From an uncultured Methanosarcinales archaeon (GTDB lineage: Archaea; Nanobdellota; Nanobdellia; Woesearchaeales; CAXGTL01): a stretch of 41,498 nucleotides of DNA. How positions within the stretch are numbered: position 1 is the stretch's first letter; each line of letters opens with the position of its first letter. A program made the translations under genes and the position numbers. A model generated the notes under the pieces. It ran no database searches. It saw only the letters and a list, made by a program, of their open reading frames with translations, and was not told where the DNA came from. Positions 9,513 through 19,146 of the stretch are shown piece after piece. The stretch lies in assembly GCA_964535955.1 (NCBI GenBank), contig CAZHVK010000002.1, forward strand, positions 134,122-175,619. Direction: 5' to 3'.

Positions 9513-10238
9513 ATGGGAAAAAGACTAATTCAACAAGCACGTGGAAAAGGCAGCCCTACATACAGGGCGCCAGGTCATAGGTATAAAGGTAGGGTTAAGT
9601 TTAACCCTGTTAATAAAACAATACTTAAAGGCATTATTACAGATATTATACATTGCAGAGGACATTCAGCTCCATTAATAGAAATAAAATTCGAGAACAA
9701 TGAGAGATCTCTTATGGTAGCCCCAGAAGGTGTTAAGATAGGTGATGAAATAATATCAGGAAACAATATTGAAGAAGCAAAAAAAGGTTATATAATGAAT
9801 CTTAAAGACATACCAGAAGGAACAATGATATTTAATATTGAATCACAGCCAGGTGATGGTGGAAAATTCGTAAGAGCATCTGGATCATTTGCAAAAGTAA
9901 TAACAAAACTAAACAAATTTGTTATTGTACAATTTCCTTCAAAAAAACAAAAAAAATTTAATCCAAACTGTAGAGCATGTATAGGAAACATTGCTGGAGG
10001 TGGAAGATTAGAAAAACCACTATTAAAAGCAGGATTTAAGTTTTTTAAAATGAAAGCTAAGAACAAATTGTGGCCTAAAGTTTCTGGTGGCGCACAAAAT
10101 GCAGTAGATCATCCATTTGGAACATCACGTTCATCAAGAAAATCAAAAGCAAGACCTTGTCCTAGAAATGCACCACCTGGAAGAAAAGTTGGAGCATTAT
10201 ATGCAAAAAGGACAGGTAGAAAGAAAAGGAAAAAATAA
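9513..10238 (+). CDS. rpl2: 50S ribosomal protein uL2
   Basis: MGKRLIQQARGKG, GDGGKFVRASG, NAVDHPFG. Confidence 0.98.
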   Translation: MGKRLIQQARGKGSPTYRAPGHRYKGRVKFNPVNKTILKGIITDIIHCRGHSAPLIEIKFENNERSLMVAPEGVKIGDEIISGNNIEEAKKGYIMNLKDIPEGTMIFNIESQPGDGGKFVRASGSFAKVITKLNKFVIVQFPSKKQKKFNPNCRACIGNIAGGGRLEKPLLKAGFKFFKMKAKNKLWPKVSGGAQNAVDHPFGTSRSSRKSKARPCPRNAPPGRKVGALYAKRTGRKKRKK

Positions 10239-10262
10239 TCATTGAAAACAAGGTGAAATAAA

Positions 10263-10319
10263 TATGTTTAGAAATTTTCAATTTATAAGCTACGAACGAA
10301 CCGGAGGGAAGTGAGTATG
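10263..10319 (+). repeat. twin-hairpin palindromic element at the uS19 start (copy A), flanked by TATG
   Basis: GTTTAGAAATT-ttc-AATTTATAAGC plus TACGAAC...GTGAGTA; homologous to 33570-33612. Confidence 0.7.
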
Positions 10320-10700
10320 GCAAAAAAAGCAATCATGGTCAAAGGAATGCATGAAGAAGAATTAAAGAAATTAAGTTTAAAAGAATTCATTGAAATAACA
10401 AATTCAAGAGCAAGAAGATCACTTAAAAGAGGGTTTACAGATCTTCAAAAAAAGTTGTTAAAAAAGATTGACAAAAATGAAAAAAACATTAAAACACATT
10501 GCAGAGATATGGTTATTATTCCAAAGATGATTGGATTAACAATAAGAGTCCATAATGGTAAAGAGTTTGTACCAATTATAATACAACCAGAGATGATTGG
10601 GCACTATTTAGGAGAATTTGCCCAAACAAGAAGAAAAGTATCACACAGTGCACCAGGAATAGGAGCAACAAGATCAAGTGCAAGTGTTAGTGTAAGGTAA
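10317..10700 (+). CDS. rps19: 30S ribosomal protein uS19
   Basis: [31 protein letters not shown]. Confidence 0.97.
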   Translation: MAKKAIMVKGMHEEELKKLSLKEFIEITNSRARRSLKRGFTDLQKKLLKKIDKNEKNIKTHCRDMVIIPKMIGLTIRVHNGKEFVPIIIQPEMIGHYLGEFAQTRRKVSHSAPGIGATRSSASVSVR

Positions 10701-10714
10701 AGGAATGAAACGAA

Positions 10715-11275
10715 ATGAGTAAACACAAATATTCATCAAAAACTGAAAATGAACACACTGCAAAAGCAGTTGGTAAAGATGTTGCTATCTCTTTCAAACA
10801 TGCAGCAATGGTTTGTAACCAATTAAGAAATAAGAATCTGTTAAAATCAAAAGAATTACTAAAAAGAGTTATTGAGAAAAAACAAGCAATACCTTACACA
10901 AGATTCAACTTTGATCGTGGACACAAAAAAAAGATTGGGCCTGGAAGATATCCAATAAAGACATCAAAAGAGATATTAAGAATACTTGAAAATGTTGAAT
11001 CAAATGCACAATTCAAAGGACTAAACACATCATTATTAAAAATAATACACATTAATGCTCACAAAGCATCTACACCTAAAAGATATGGAAGAAAGGGTGG
11101 TGTAAACTCAAAAAGATCCCATGTTGAAGTAATTGTTGAAGAAACTCCAGAAACAAAAACAAAAGAAGAGATCTCAGAAAACAAATCTAAAGAAAAAGAG
11201 AAAAAAAGCTCAGAGCAAAAAAAAACTGAACAAAAGGAAAAGCAAGTAGAAAATCAAAAGGTGGAAAGTAAATGA
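10715..11275 (+). CDS. rpl22: 50S ribosomal protein uL22 with KE-rich tail
   Basis: ISFKHA, GPGRYPIK, NAQFKGL, SHVEVIV. Confidence 0.97.
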   Translation: MSKHKYSSKTENEHTAKAVGKDVAISFKHAAMVCNQLRNKNLLKSKELLKRVIEKKQAIPYTRFNFDRGHKKKIGPGRYPIKTSKEILRILENVESNAQFKGLNTSLLKIIHINAHKASTPKRYGRKGGVNSKRSHVEVIVEETPETKTKEEISENKSKEKEKKSSEQKKTEQKEKQVENQKVESK

Positions 11276-12066
11276 TAGAAAGAAAAATACTAGCTGAAAA
11301 GATGAAGGAATTTGAAATAGAAGAATTAGTTGGTAAAAAGACTAGAGGAGTAGGTCATTCAAAAACAAAAGTTCAGAGAACTCCATTAGGTGAGAAAATA
11401 GTAATCCATGCATCACGTCCGGGATTGGTTGTTGGTAGAAAAGGAGCAAACATAATTTCAATGACAAAAATATTAAAGAAAAAATTCAGTCTTAACAATC
11501 CTCAAATAGAAATTAGTGAGGTCATTAATCCAAACATAGATGCAAATATTATAGCAGAGAGAATTGCAACATCACTTGAAAGGTTTGGTGCTTCAAGATT
11601 TAAAGGAATAGGACATAAAGCAATGGCAGATGTAATGAAATCAGGAGCAATGGGAGTAGAAATAATCATTGGTGGTCGTGGAGTACCTGGTGAAAGAGCA
11701 AAATCATGGAGATTTTACAGAGGATATTTAAAAAAATGTGGAGATGTTGCAGTAAATGAAGTTAAGAAAGCATTTGCAACTGCTAACTTAAAAACAGGAA
11801 CAATAGGAATCAAAGTAAGTATAATGGATAAAGATGTAAAGCTTCCTGACAAAATAATTACTACTGAAGAAAAAGAAGAAATTCAAAGACAAGCAATGAA
11901 AGAAGAAAAAAGAAAAGAAGAAGAAGAGAAAGATAAAAAAGAAGAACAAGACAAAAAAAATGAAACAAAGGAAGAAAAAACAAAGAAAGTCTCAGAGCAA
12001 AGTTCTGATGATACTTCCAAAGTAGTTTCTGACAAAAATAAAAAAGAAACAAAAACAGGTAAATAA
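11272..12066 (+). CDS. rps3: 30S ribosomal protein uS3 with KE-rich tail
   Basis: KH motif RPGLVVGRKG, GAMGVEI, GYLKKCG, GTIGIKV. Confidence 0.97.
   Translation: MIERKILAEKMKEFEIEELVGKKTRGVGHSKTKVQRTPLGEKIVIHASRPGLVVGRKGANIISMTKILKKKFSLNNPQIEISEVINPNIDANIIAERIATSLERFGASRFKGIGHKAMADVMKSGAMGVEIIIGGRGVPGERAKSWRFYRGYLKKCGDVAVNEVKKAFATANLKTGTIGIKVSIMDKDVKLPDKIITTEEKEEIQRQAMKEEKRKEEEEKDKKEEQDKKNETKEEKTKKVSEQSSDDTSKVVSDKNKKETKTGK
11991..12036 (+). repeat. in-frame palindromic element in the uS3 tail (SEQSSDDTSKVVSDK)
   Basis: 38/46 nt ungapped identity to 19935-19980 in uL15; hairpin TCAGAGC-aaa-GTTCTGA. Confidence 0.8.
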
Positions 12067-12068
12067 AC

Positions 12069-12278
12069 ATGTCCAAAATTAAGAGAAAAGAATTAGAAAA
12101 ATTAAGCAGAAATGAACTAAGCTCAAAACTATTCGAACTTAAAAAAGAATTAATGAAAGAAAATACTCAAATAGCAATAGGAACAAATCCTAAAAATCCA
12201 GGGAATATCAAAATCATTAAAAGAAATATAGCACTTATTATTAAAATAATTAAAAAAAAAGCAAAAGATGAAGAATAA
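12069..12278 (+). CDS. rpl29: 50S ribosomal protein uL29
   Basis: ELKKEL...NPGNIKIIKRNIA; operon position. Confidence 0.93.
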   Translation: MSKIKRKELEKLSRNELSSKLFELKKELMKENTQIAIGTNPKNPGNIKIIKRNIALIIKIIKKKAKDEE

Positions 12279-12322
12279 TGAAAATCTTCATCCATATTTA
12301 ATATAAAATAGAGGAGGAATAA

Positions 12323-12631
12323 ATGACTGAAGTATGTACACAATGCGGCTTACCCAAAGAACTTTGTGTTTGTGAAACAATTGCAAAAGAAAACCAAGCA
12401 ATCATCATAAGAACAGTTAAAAAAAAGTTTGGAAAATTATATACAATCATTGAAGGTATAGAAGACAAAGACATCAACATGAAAGAGATGACAAAAAAAT
12501 TAAAAAACAAGTTTGCCTGTGGTGGAACAGGAAAAGATGGAAAAATAGAACTTCAAGGAAACCACAAACAAAAAGTCAAAAAAATATTAGTCGAAATGGG
12601 TTTTGCCCCTGAAACAATAAATGTCAAATAA
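12323..12631 (+). CDS. sui1: translation initiation factor aIF1 (SUI1)
   Basis: CTQCGLPKELCVC, KFACGGT, IELQGNH. Confidence 0.96.
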   Translation: MTEVCTQCGLPKELCVCETIAKENQAIIIRTVKKKFGKLYTIIEGIEDKDINMKEMTKKLKNKFACGGTGKDGKIELQGNHKQKVKKILVEMGFAPETINVK

Positions 12632-12636
12632 TTGAA

Positions 12637-12903
12637 ATGTTTCAGAAGAATAAAAACATGCTTAAACATGAATTAATAGGTTTAAGCGCGGAAGTAGTGG
12701 AATCAGTAAATAGAAATAATATAGGAATAAAAGGAAAAATTTTAGATGAAACAAAAAAAACATTAGTAATATTACACAAAAACAAAAAGAAAAGATTGAT
12801 GAAAAAAGGAATAAAAATCAAGATTAAAAAAAATAATTTATCATATATCATTGACTGTAAAAAAATAATAAAAAACCCTGAAGAAAGGTTAAAGCTAAGG
12901 TGA
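12637..12903 (+). CDS. rnp1: RNase P protein component 1 (Rpp29/Pop4)
   Basis: HELIGL, GIKGKILDETK, PEERLK; conserved slot between SUI1 and uS17. Confidence 0.92.
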   Translation: MFQKNKNMLKHELIGLSAEVVESVNRNNIGIKGKILDETKKTLVILHKNKKKRLMKKGIKIKIKKNNLSYIIDCKKIIKNPEERLKLR

Positions 12904-12907
12904 AAAA

Positions 12908-13321
12908 ATGGCAAAAAAACAAATGTCAGAAAAAACATCAAAAAATTGTAATGATGAAAATTGTCCTATTCATGGTAATCTAAAAACCAGGAAAAAAATA
13001 TTTGTAGGAACAGTAATAAATGATAAAATGCAAAAAAGTGCAACAATTGTTTTTGAAAGAATAACAAAAAATAAAAAATATGAAAGATATGGTAAAAAAA
13101 GGACAAAGATTAAAGTTCACAATCCTCCCTGCATCAATGCAAAAGTGGGAGAATTAGTAAAAACTATTGAATGTAGACCATTAAGCAAGACAATTAATTT
13201 TGTCATTGTTGAAAAATTAGGCAAAGGAGAAAGATTTCATAAAAGAGATGAAGATTTAGTAGAGAAAAAAGAAAAAACTGTAACTAAATCAGAAAAAAAA
13301 GTTGAGGAAAGCAAAGAATGA
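12908..13321 (+). CDS. rps17: 30S ribosomal protein uS17
   Basis: CNDENCPIHG, KYERY, HNPPCI, ECRPLSKT. Confidence 0.97.
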   Translation: MAKKQMSEKTSKNCNDENCPIHGNLKTRKKIFVGTVINDKMQKSATIVFERITKNKKYERYGKKRTKIKVHNPPCINAKVGELVKTIECRPLSKTINFVIVEKLGKGERFHKRDEDLVEKKEKTVTKSEKKVEESKE

Positions 13322-13719
13322 AAGCAATTAAATCAAAAGTCACAAGAGCAATTCCTATAGGTACAGTAATGGAGACTTGTGATAATTCAGGTGCAAAGGT
13401 AATCAAAGTATTTAATGTAAGAGGTCATAAAACAGTTAAAGGTAGAAGATCTGCAGCAGGTGTTGGTGATCTTGTTATGGCTTCAGTAGTTAGAGGAAAA
13501 CCAGGAATGAAAAAAGAAGTTGTATTTGCTGTTATAGTCAGACAAAAAAAGGAATATAGAAGACCAGATGGCATGAGAATAAAATTTGAAGATAATTCAG
13601 CAGTTGTACTAAAAGATGATAAAGGAAACCCAAAAGGAACAATCTTCAAAGGTCCAATTGCAAAGGAAGCATGTGATAGATGGCCAGCAATTTCAAAGAC
13701 TGCGAGGATAATTGTATAA
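13318..13719 (+). CDS. rpl14: 50S ribosomal protein uL14
   Basis: DNSGAK, AGVGD, FEDNSAV, GPIAKE. Confidence 0.98.
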   Translation: MKAIKSKVTRAIPIGTVMETCDNSGAKVIKVFNVRGHKTVKGRRSAAGVGDLVMASVVRGKPGMKKEVVFAVIVRQKKEYRRPDGMRIKFEDNSAVVLKDDKGNPKGTIFKGPIAKEACDRWPAISKTARIIV

Positions 13720-14126
13720 TGAAAGATAAAATATTAAGTAAAAAACCAAGAAAACAAAGGAAATACAGAGCAAATGCTCCTTTACACATCAAACAAAAAT
13801 TCATTCATGTTCATTTATCAAAAGATCTTAGACAAAAATTTAACACGAGATCATTAATGCCTAAAAAAGGTGATAAAGTAAAGATTATTAGAGGTAATTT
13901 TAAAGGAAAAATTGAGAAGATTAACAAAATAGACTTAAAAAAATCAAAATTATTCATTGAAAATATTGAAGTTGCAAAAAAAGATGGAAACAAATCTATG
14001 ATCCCTATAGACCCATCTAATGTAATACTAATTGATTACAATATTGATGATAAACAAAGAAAAAAGATAATCGAAAGAAAAAAGATAAACAAATCTAAAA
14101 AACAGAAAGAACAAAAGGTGAAATAA
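13719..14126 (+). CDS. rpl24: 50S ribosomal protein uL24
   Basis: KPRKQRK, APLH, KOW motif GDKVKIIRG, DPSNV; TAATG overlap with uL14. Confidence 0.96.
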   Translation: MKDKILSKKPRKQRKYRANAPLHIKQKFIHVHLSKDLRQKFNTRSLMPKKGDKVKIIRGNFKGKIEKINKIDLKKSKLFIENIEVAKKDGNKSMIPIDPSNVILIDYNIDDKQRKKIIERKKINKSKKQKEQKVK

Positions 14127-14128
14127 AT

Positions 14129-14827
14129 ATGACAAAATCGCACTTAAAAAGATTGGCAGCACCAAAAACATGGCCAATTAACAAAAAGAAAGAAAAATTC
14201 ATAATTAGACCTAATCCTGGTCCACATTCATTCAAAACTGCTATTCCTCTTAATATAATCTTAAAGAATTTAATAAAAAATATCAAAACAAGTAAAGAAG
14301 GAAAGTACCTTTTAACTCACAAAGAAATATTTGTCAATAACAAAATTAGAAGAAATCCCAAATTATTAGTGGGGTTTATGGACACAATATCTATTCCTCT
14401 TACAGAAAAATTTTATAGAGTATCAATAAATAAAAGTGGAAAGATTTGTTTAATACCTATAAAAGAAAACGAATCAAAGATAAAATTATGCAAAATAAAA
14501 TCAAAAAAGATAATTAAAAAAGGAATGGTTCAATTGAATTTTTCTAATGGGGAAAATATGTTAGTCAACAAAAAAGATTATGGTGTTAATGATGTTGTTG
14601 TAATTAATTCTGTAGATAATAAAATAAGCAATCTATTAAAATTTAAAAAAGGTTCATTAGTCTATATTAATAAAGGAAAAAAAGTAGGAGAAATAGGAAA
14701 AATTGAAGATATAAAAGGAAAAGAGATAATTATAAAATTAAAAAATAAGAAGATAATTAAGACATTAAAAGATTATGTTTTTGTAATAGGAGAAGATAAG
14801 CCAATAATAACTTTAAATGAAAAATGA
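14129..14827 (+). CDS. rps4e: 30S ribosomal protein eS4
   Basis: HLKRLAAPKTWPI, PGPH, VGFMD. Confidence 0.96.
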   Translation: MTKSHLKRLAAPKTWPINKKKEKFIIRPNPGPHSFKTAIPLNIILKNLIKNIKTSKEGKYLLTHKEIFVNNKIRRNPKLLVGFMDTISIPLTEKFYRVSINKSGKICLIPIKENESKIKLCKIKSKKIIKKGMVQLNFSNGENMLVNKKDYGVNDVVVINSVDNKISNLLKFKKGSLVYINKGKKVGEIGKIEDIKGKEIIIKLKNKKIIKTLKDYVFVIGEDKPIITLNEK

Positions 14828-15342
14828 GTAAGATAATGAGAGCAATCAAAATAGAGAAAATAACGCTCAATATAGGGGCTGGAAAAGATCAGAATAAGTT
14901 AGATAAGGGTATAAAATTATTAAAAACTATCACTGGCATTAATCCTATTAAAACTAAAACTAATAAAAGAATTCCTGCATGGAACCTAAGACCTGGATTA
15001 CCTATAGGATGTAAGCTTACTTTAAGAGGAGAAAAAGCAAAAGAAATTTTAAAAATGCTCTTAGAAGCAAAGGGAAGCGAACTAAAAGAAGAACAATTTG
15101 ATAACAGTGGAAACCTTGCTTTTGGAATTCATGAATACATAGACATTCCTGGAATTAAATATGATCCAGAAATAGGAATCATGGGCCTGCAGGTTTGTAT
15201 AACATTAGAAAGACCAGGATTTAGAATTAAAAAAAGAAAAATAATGAAAAGAAAAGTATGTAAAAATCATAAAATAACAAAAGAAGAAGCAATAGGTTTT
15301 ATGAAAGAAAAATTTAATATTAAATTAGAAGTTAAAGAATAA
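14824..15342 (+). CDS. rpl5: 50S ribosomal protein uL5
   Basis: IEKITLNIG, PIGCKLTLRG, FGIHEYIDIPG. Confidence 0.98.
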   Translation: MSKIMRAIKIEKITLNIGAGKDQNKLDKGIKLLKTITGINPIKTKTNKRIPAWNLRPGLPIGCKLTLRGEKAKEILKMLLEAKGSELKEEQFDNSGNLAFGIHEYIDIPGIKYDPEIGIMGLQVCITLERPGFRIKKRKIMKRKVCKNHKITKEEAIGFMKEKFNIKLEVKE

Positions 15343-15357
15343 AAGGTGTATAATAAA

Positions 15358-15588
15358 ATGTCATATAGTAATTATAAAAAAATTCATAAACAGCTCAAAG
15401 CAAAGCCAAATAAATTAAAAAAATATGAAAAGCATAATTCCCCTAAAGATAGAGGGTGTGGCATAGCAAAGAAAAGATGTAGAAGATGTGGAAGGATTAG
15501 AGCACACATTAGTAAATATGGTCTAGAATTATGCAGGCAATGTTTTAGAGAGATAAGTAAAAAAATAGGATTTAAAAAATATAATTGA
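15358..15588 (+). CDS. rps14: 30S ribosomal protein uS14 (Zn-binding)
   Basis: CRRC...LCRQCFRE...GFKKY. Confidence 0.96.
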   Translation: MSYSNYKKIHKQLKAKPNKLKKYEKHNSPKDRGCGIAKKRCRRCGRIRAHISKYGLELCRQCFREISKKIGFKKYN

Positions 15589-15604
15589 AATAATGGTGAG
15601 ATAA

Positions 15605-15997
15605 ATGAGTTCAAATGATATATTAGCAAATGCATTGTCTAAGATAGATAATAGTATAAAAACAAAGAAAAAAACTTGCGAAATTAATCCTGTTTCAAAA
15701 GTAATAAAAGAAATACTAAAAATAATGAAGGAAAATCATTATATTGGAGACTTTAAAGAAATCAGTAAGATGAGGGGTGGAATAATAGAAGTCAACTTAA
15801 TAGGTGGTCTTAATAAATGCTGTGTTATTAAACCAAAATTTCCTGTAAAGGTGAATGATTTTGAAAAATTCGAAAAAAGGTACCTCCCATCTAAAGGTTT
15901 TGGGTACATTATTATTTCCACGCATAAAGGTATAATGACGCAAGAAGAAGCATTTAAAAATAACTTAGGAGGAAGGCTAATAGCTTATTTTTATTAG
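15605..15997 (+). CDS. rps8: 30S ribosomal protein uS8
   Basis: DILANAL, YIGDF, STHKGIMT, GGRLIAY. Confidence 0.97.
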   Translation: MSSNDILANALSKIDNSIKTKKKTCEINPVSKVIKEILKIMKENHYIGDFKEISKMRGGIIEVNLIGGLNKCCVIKPKFPVKVNDFEKFEKRYLPSKGFGYIIISTHKGIMTQEEAFKNNLGGRLIAYFY

Positions 15998-16018
15998 AAT
16001 TACTAAAAAATACAAAAC

Positions 16019-16573
16019 ATGAGATCCCAAAATTTCAAAGATGAAATAGAATTGCCAGAAGGAGTAGAAGCAAAGATAGACAAATTCCTCATATCTTTAA
16101 AAGGTAAAAAGGGAGAAGTTAAAAAAGTGCTAAGAAGTGCAAAAGTTAAAATAGAAACACAAGGTAATAAAATAATTATAAGCACACCAGTAATGACTAA
16201 AAATGAAAAAAAAGAGATTTTCACATTCAAAGCTCACTTAAAAAACATGATCAAAGGATGCCAAGAAGGATTCATTTACAAATTAAAGATATGCTCTGGT
16301 CATTTTCCTATGAACGTATCAATAAATAAGGATGAGTTCATTATTAAAAATTTTTTAGGTGAAAAAGTTCCAAGAGTATTAAAAATTAAGCCTGAAGCAA
16401 ATGTTAAGATTGATGGCAATATAATTACTATTGAAAGTTGTAATAAAGAAATAGCAGGACAAGTTGCAGCAGATATGGAAAAGCTTACAGTAGTAAAAAA
16501 TAGAGACAACAGAATATTCCAAGATGGAATTTATATAACAAGTAAAGCAGGCAAAGAAATGGATCAAAATTAG
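16019..16573 (+). CDS. rpl6: 50S ribosomal protein uL6
   Basis: HLKNMIKG, HFPM, NFLGEK, RIFQDGIYI. Confidence 0.97.
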   Translation: MRSQNFKDEIELPEGVEAKIDKFLISLKGKKGEVKKVLRSAKVKIETQGNKIIISTPVMTKNEKKEIFTFKAHLKNMIKGCQEGFIYKLKICSGHFPMNVSINKDEFIIKNFLGEKVPRVLKIKPEANVKIDGNIITIESCNKEIAGQVAADMEKLTVVKNRDNRIFQDGIYITSKAGKEMDQN

Positions 16574-16576
16574 AAA

Positions 16577-17221
16577 ATGAAAAATATAAAAGAACTATTG
16601 GAAATTAAAAAGAGAGTAAAAAAGAATAAACCAAAGTATATTAGACAGGATGCTCATAAGAAAAAAAGAGTTTCTAAAAAATGGAGAAAACCAAAAGGAA
16701 TACAATCAAAGATGAGACTCAAAAGAAAAGGATATAGACAAAGGATGTCCTCAGGATACAGATCTCCCAAACTTGTAAAAAACCTTAATAAAGAAGGTTT
16801 AAAAGAAATAAGAGTTCATAATATTAAAGATTTAGAGAATGTAAAAGAAAATGAAAACCAAGGGATAGTAATTAGTAAAAGAGTAGGTATAAAAAAGAAG
16901 GTAGAAATATTAAAAAGATGTAAAGAATTAAAATTAAGAGTACTTAATGTCAAAAATAGTGATCTATTTATAAAAACTGTTGAAGATAAAAGAAAAAAGA
17001 AAAAAGAGATAAAAAAAGAAAAAACAAAGGAAAAAGACAAGAAAAAGAAAGAAAGGGAAAAACTTGCAAAAGAAAAGGAAGAAAAAGAGAAAAAGACTGA
17101 AGAAAAAAAGGATAAAGAAATTACAGAAGATTTAGGTGACAAATTAAAAAGAAATGAAGAAGAAGAAAAAAAACAAAAAGAGAAAGAAGAAAAAGATAAG
17201 GTTTTAACGAGAAGAAAATGA
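16577..17221 (+). CDS. rpl32e: 50S ribosomal protein eL32 with long KE-rich tail
   Basis: WRKPKGIQSKMR, GYRSPK. Confidence 0.95.
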   Translation: MKNIKELLEIKKRVKKNKPKYIRQDAHKKKRVSKKWRKPKGIQSKMRLKRKGYRQRMSSGYRSPKLVKNLNKEGLKEIRVHNIKDLENVKENENQGIVISKRVGIKKKVEILKRCKELKLRVLNVKNSDLFIKTVEDKRKKKKEIKKEKTKEKDKKKKEREKLAKEKEEKEKKTEEKKDKEITEDLGDKLKRNEEEEKKQKEKEEKDKVLTRRK

Positions 17222-17667
17222 ATACAAAATCACAAAAAAGATTGGCTGCTCAAGTAGCAAAAGTATCAAAGAAAAGGGTTAAGTTAGATAATACTAAACT
17301 AGATGAAATAAAAGAATCTATAACAAAAGCAGATATAAGAGGCTTAATTAAAGAAAAGATAATCAAAGTCAAACAAAAAAAGGGAGTTTCAAGGATTAGA
17401 ACTAAAAAAAGACAAATACAGAAAAGAAAAGGAAGACAAAAAGGACCTGGTAAAAAAAAATCAAAAATAAACGCAAGAATAACAAAAAAAAGAAGATGGA
17501 TTAATAAGGTAAGAGCACAAAGGAAATTTTTAAACAAATTAAGAGATAAGGAAATAGTAACCAAAACTACATTTAGGATGCTTTATTTAAAATCAAAAGG
17601 AGGATTTTTCAGAAATATAAGACACATCAAAGTTTATATTAAAGAACATGACCTCATCTTAAAATAA
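17218..17667 (+). CDS. rpl19e: 50S ribosomal protein eL19
   Basis: QKRLAA, ITKADIRGLI, WINKVRAQR, LYLKSKGG. Confidence 0.97.
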   Translation: MNTKSQKRLAAQVAKVSKKRVKLDNTKLDEIKESITKADIRGLIKEKIIKVKQKKGVSRIRTKKRQIQKRKGRQKGPGKKKSKINARITKKRRWINKVRAQRKFLNKLRDKEIVTKTTFRMLYLKSKGGFFRNIRHIKVYIKEHDLILK

Positions 17668-17687
17668 AACAAAAAGTGACAAATAAA

Positions 17688-18266
17688 ATGGCAAAAAGAA
17701 AAATAAAATCACTAAGTTACAAGAGAAAAAGGCAGGGAAGAACAAATTATAAAAAACGTTTAAATATTTTAAAATCCAAAAAGAAAAGATTAGTTGTCAG
17801 AAAATCTCTCAATAATATATTATTACAAATAATAATATATAACAATGTGGGTGACAAAGTACTAGTAACTGCTCATTCAAGTGAAGTGAAAAAGTTAGGA
17901 TGGAAGTTTCATACAGGAAATATTCCTTGTGCTTATCTAACAGGCTATTTATTAGGAATAAAAGCAATAAAAAAAGGAATTAAGGAAGTAATAACAGATA
18001 TTGGTCTTTATACTTCAACAAAAGGTTCAAGAATATATGCTTCTATAAAAGGTGTAATTGATGCTGGACTAAACATACCGCATTCAAATGAAATTTTGCC
18101 TGATGAAAAAAGAATAAATGGTGAACATATCAAAAATTATTTTGAAAAAATTCAGAATAAAAACAACAAAAATGAATTTGGACAATATTTAAAATCAAAA
18201 ATAGATCCTAAAGAAATCAACAAAAAAATAGAAGAAATTAAAAAAAAAATTAAGGAATCTAGGTGA
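17688..18266 (+). CDS. rpl18: 50S ribosomal protein uL18
   Basis: GRTNYKKR, RLVVRKS, NIPCAYLTG, DAGL.IPH. Confidence 0.97.
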   Translation: MAKRKIKSLSYKRKRQGRTNYKKRLNILKSKKKRLVVRKSLNNILLQIIIYNNVGDKVLVTAHSSEVKKLGWKFHTGNIPCAYLTGYLLGIKAIKKGIKEVITDIGLYTSTKGSRIYASIKGVIDAGLNIPHSNEILPDEKRINGEHIKNYFEKIQNKNNKNEFGQYLKSKIDPKEINKKIEEIKKKIKESR

Positions 18267-18273
18267 AATAAGT

Positions 18274-19146
18274 ATGGCTGAAAAAAAGAAAATGTCAAAA
18301 ACACGAAGTGTTTCAGGTAAACAAGAAAATAAAAAGGAAAAAACAGAAGAAGTAGATGAAAAAATAGAAAAGATAGTTGAAGTTTCAGAAGAAGAAATAG
18401 ACGAAATAGACAAAGAAGCAGAAGGAATAAAAGCAAGAATGATGAAGATTGAAGAATTTGATAAAGAAGGATGGAAACCAAAAACAAAGATGGGAAAAGC
18501 AGTCAGAGACAGTGAGATAATAAGTATTGATTATATTCTTAATAATGGATTAAAAATATTAGAGGCAGAAATTGTTGATGTTCTGATTCCTGACCTACAA
18601 ACAGATTTATTATTAATTGGTCAAGCAAAAGGTAAATTTGGTGGTGGTCAAAGAAGAGTATTTAGACAAACACAAAAGAAAACAAAAGAAGGAAACAAAC
18701 CAAAATTCTCAACTGTAGCAATAGTAGGAAATAACAGAGGATATTTGGGTATTGGTTTTGGTAAATCAAAAGATACTGTTCCTGCAAGAGAAAAAGCATT
18801 TAGAAAAGCAAAATTAGATATATTTAAAATTAGACGTGGTTGTGGTTCATGGGAATGTACATGTAATGAACACCATTCAATTCCATTCAAAGTAAGTGGA
18901 AAATGCAGCAGTACTAAAGTAACATTAATACCTGCTCCTAAAGGAACTGGTCTAAAGATTGAAAAGGAATGTGCAAAGATTTTGAAAATGGCAGGAGTAT
19001 CAGACATCTGGTCTGAAACAACAGGAATGACAAAAACAAAAATAAATTTACTTAGAGCTTGTATAAAAGCTTTAAAATCATTAAGTAAAGTTGTAATTAA
19101 AGAACATCACAAGAAAAATCTTAAGATTATAGAGGGAAGTGAATAA
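18274..19146 (+). CDS. rps5: 30S ribosomal protein uS5 with N-terminal extension
   Basis: WKPKTKMG, RRGCGSWEC, PAPKGTGL. Confidence 0.97.
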   Translation: MAEKKKMSKTRSVSGKQENKKEKTEEVDEKIEKIVEVSEEEIDEIDKEAEGIKARMMKIEEFDKEGWKPKTKMGKAVRDSEIISIDYILNNGLKILEAEIVDVLIPDLQTDLLLIGQAKGKFGGGQRRVFRQTQKKTKEGNKPKFSTVAIVGNNRGYLGIGFGKSKDTVPAREKAFRKAKLDIFKIRRGCGSWECTCNEHHSIPFKVSGKCSSTKVTLIPAPKGTGLKIEKECAKILKMAGVSDIWSETTGMTKTKINLLRACIKALKSLSKVVIKEHHKKNLKIIEGSE

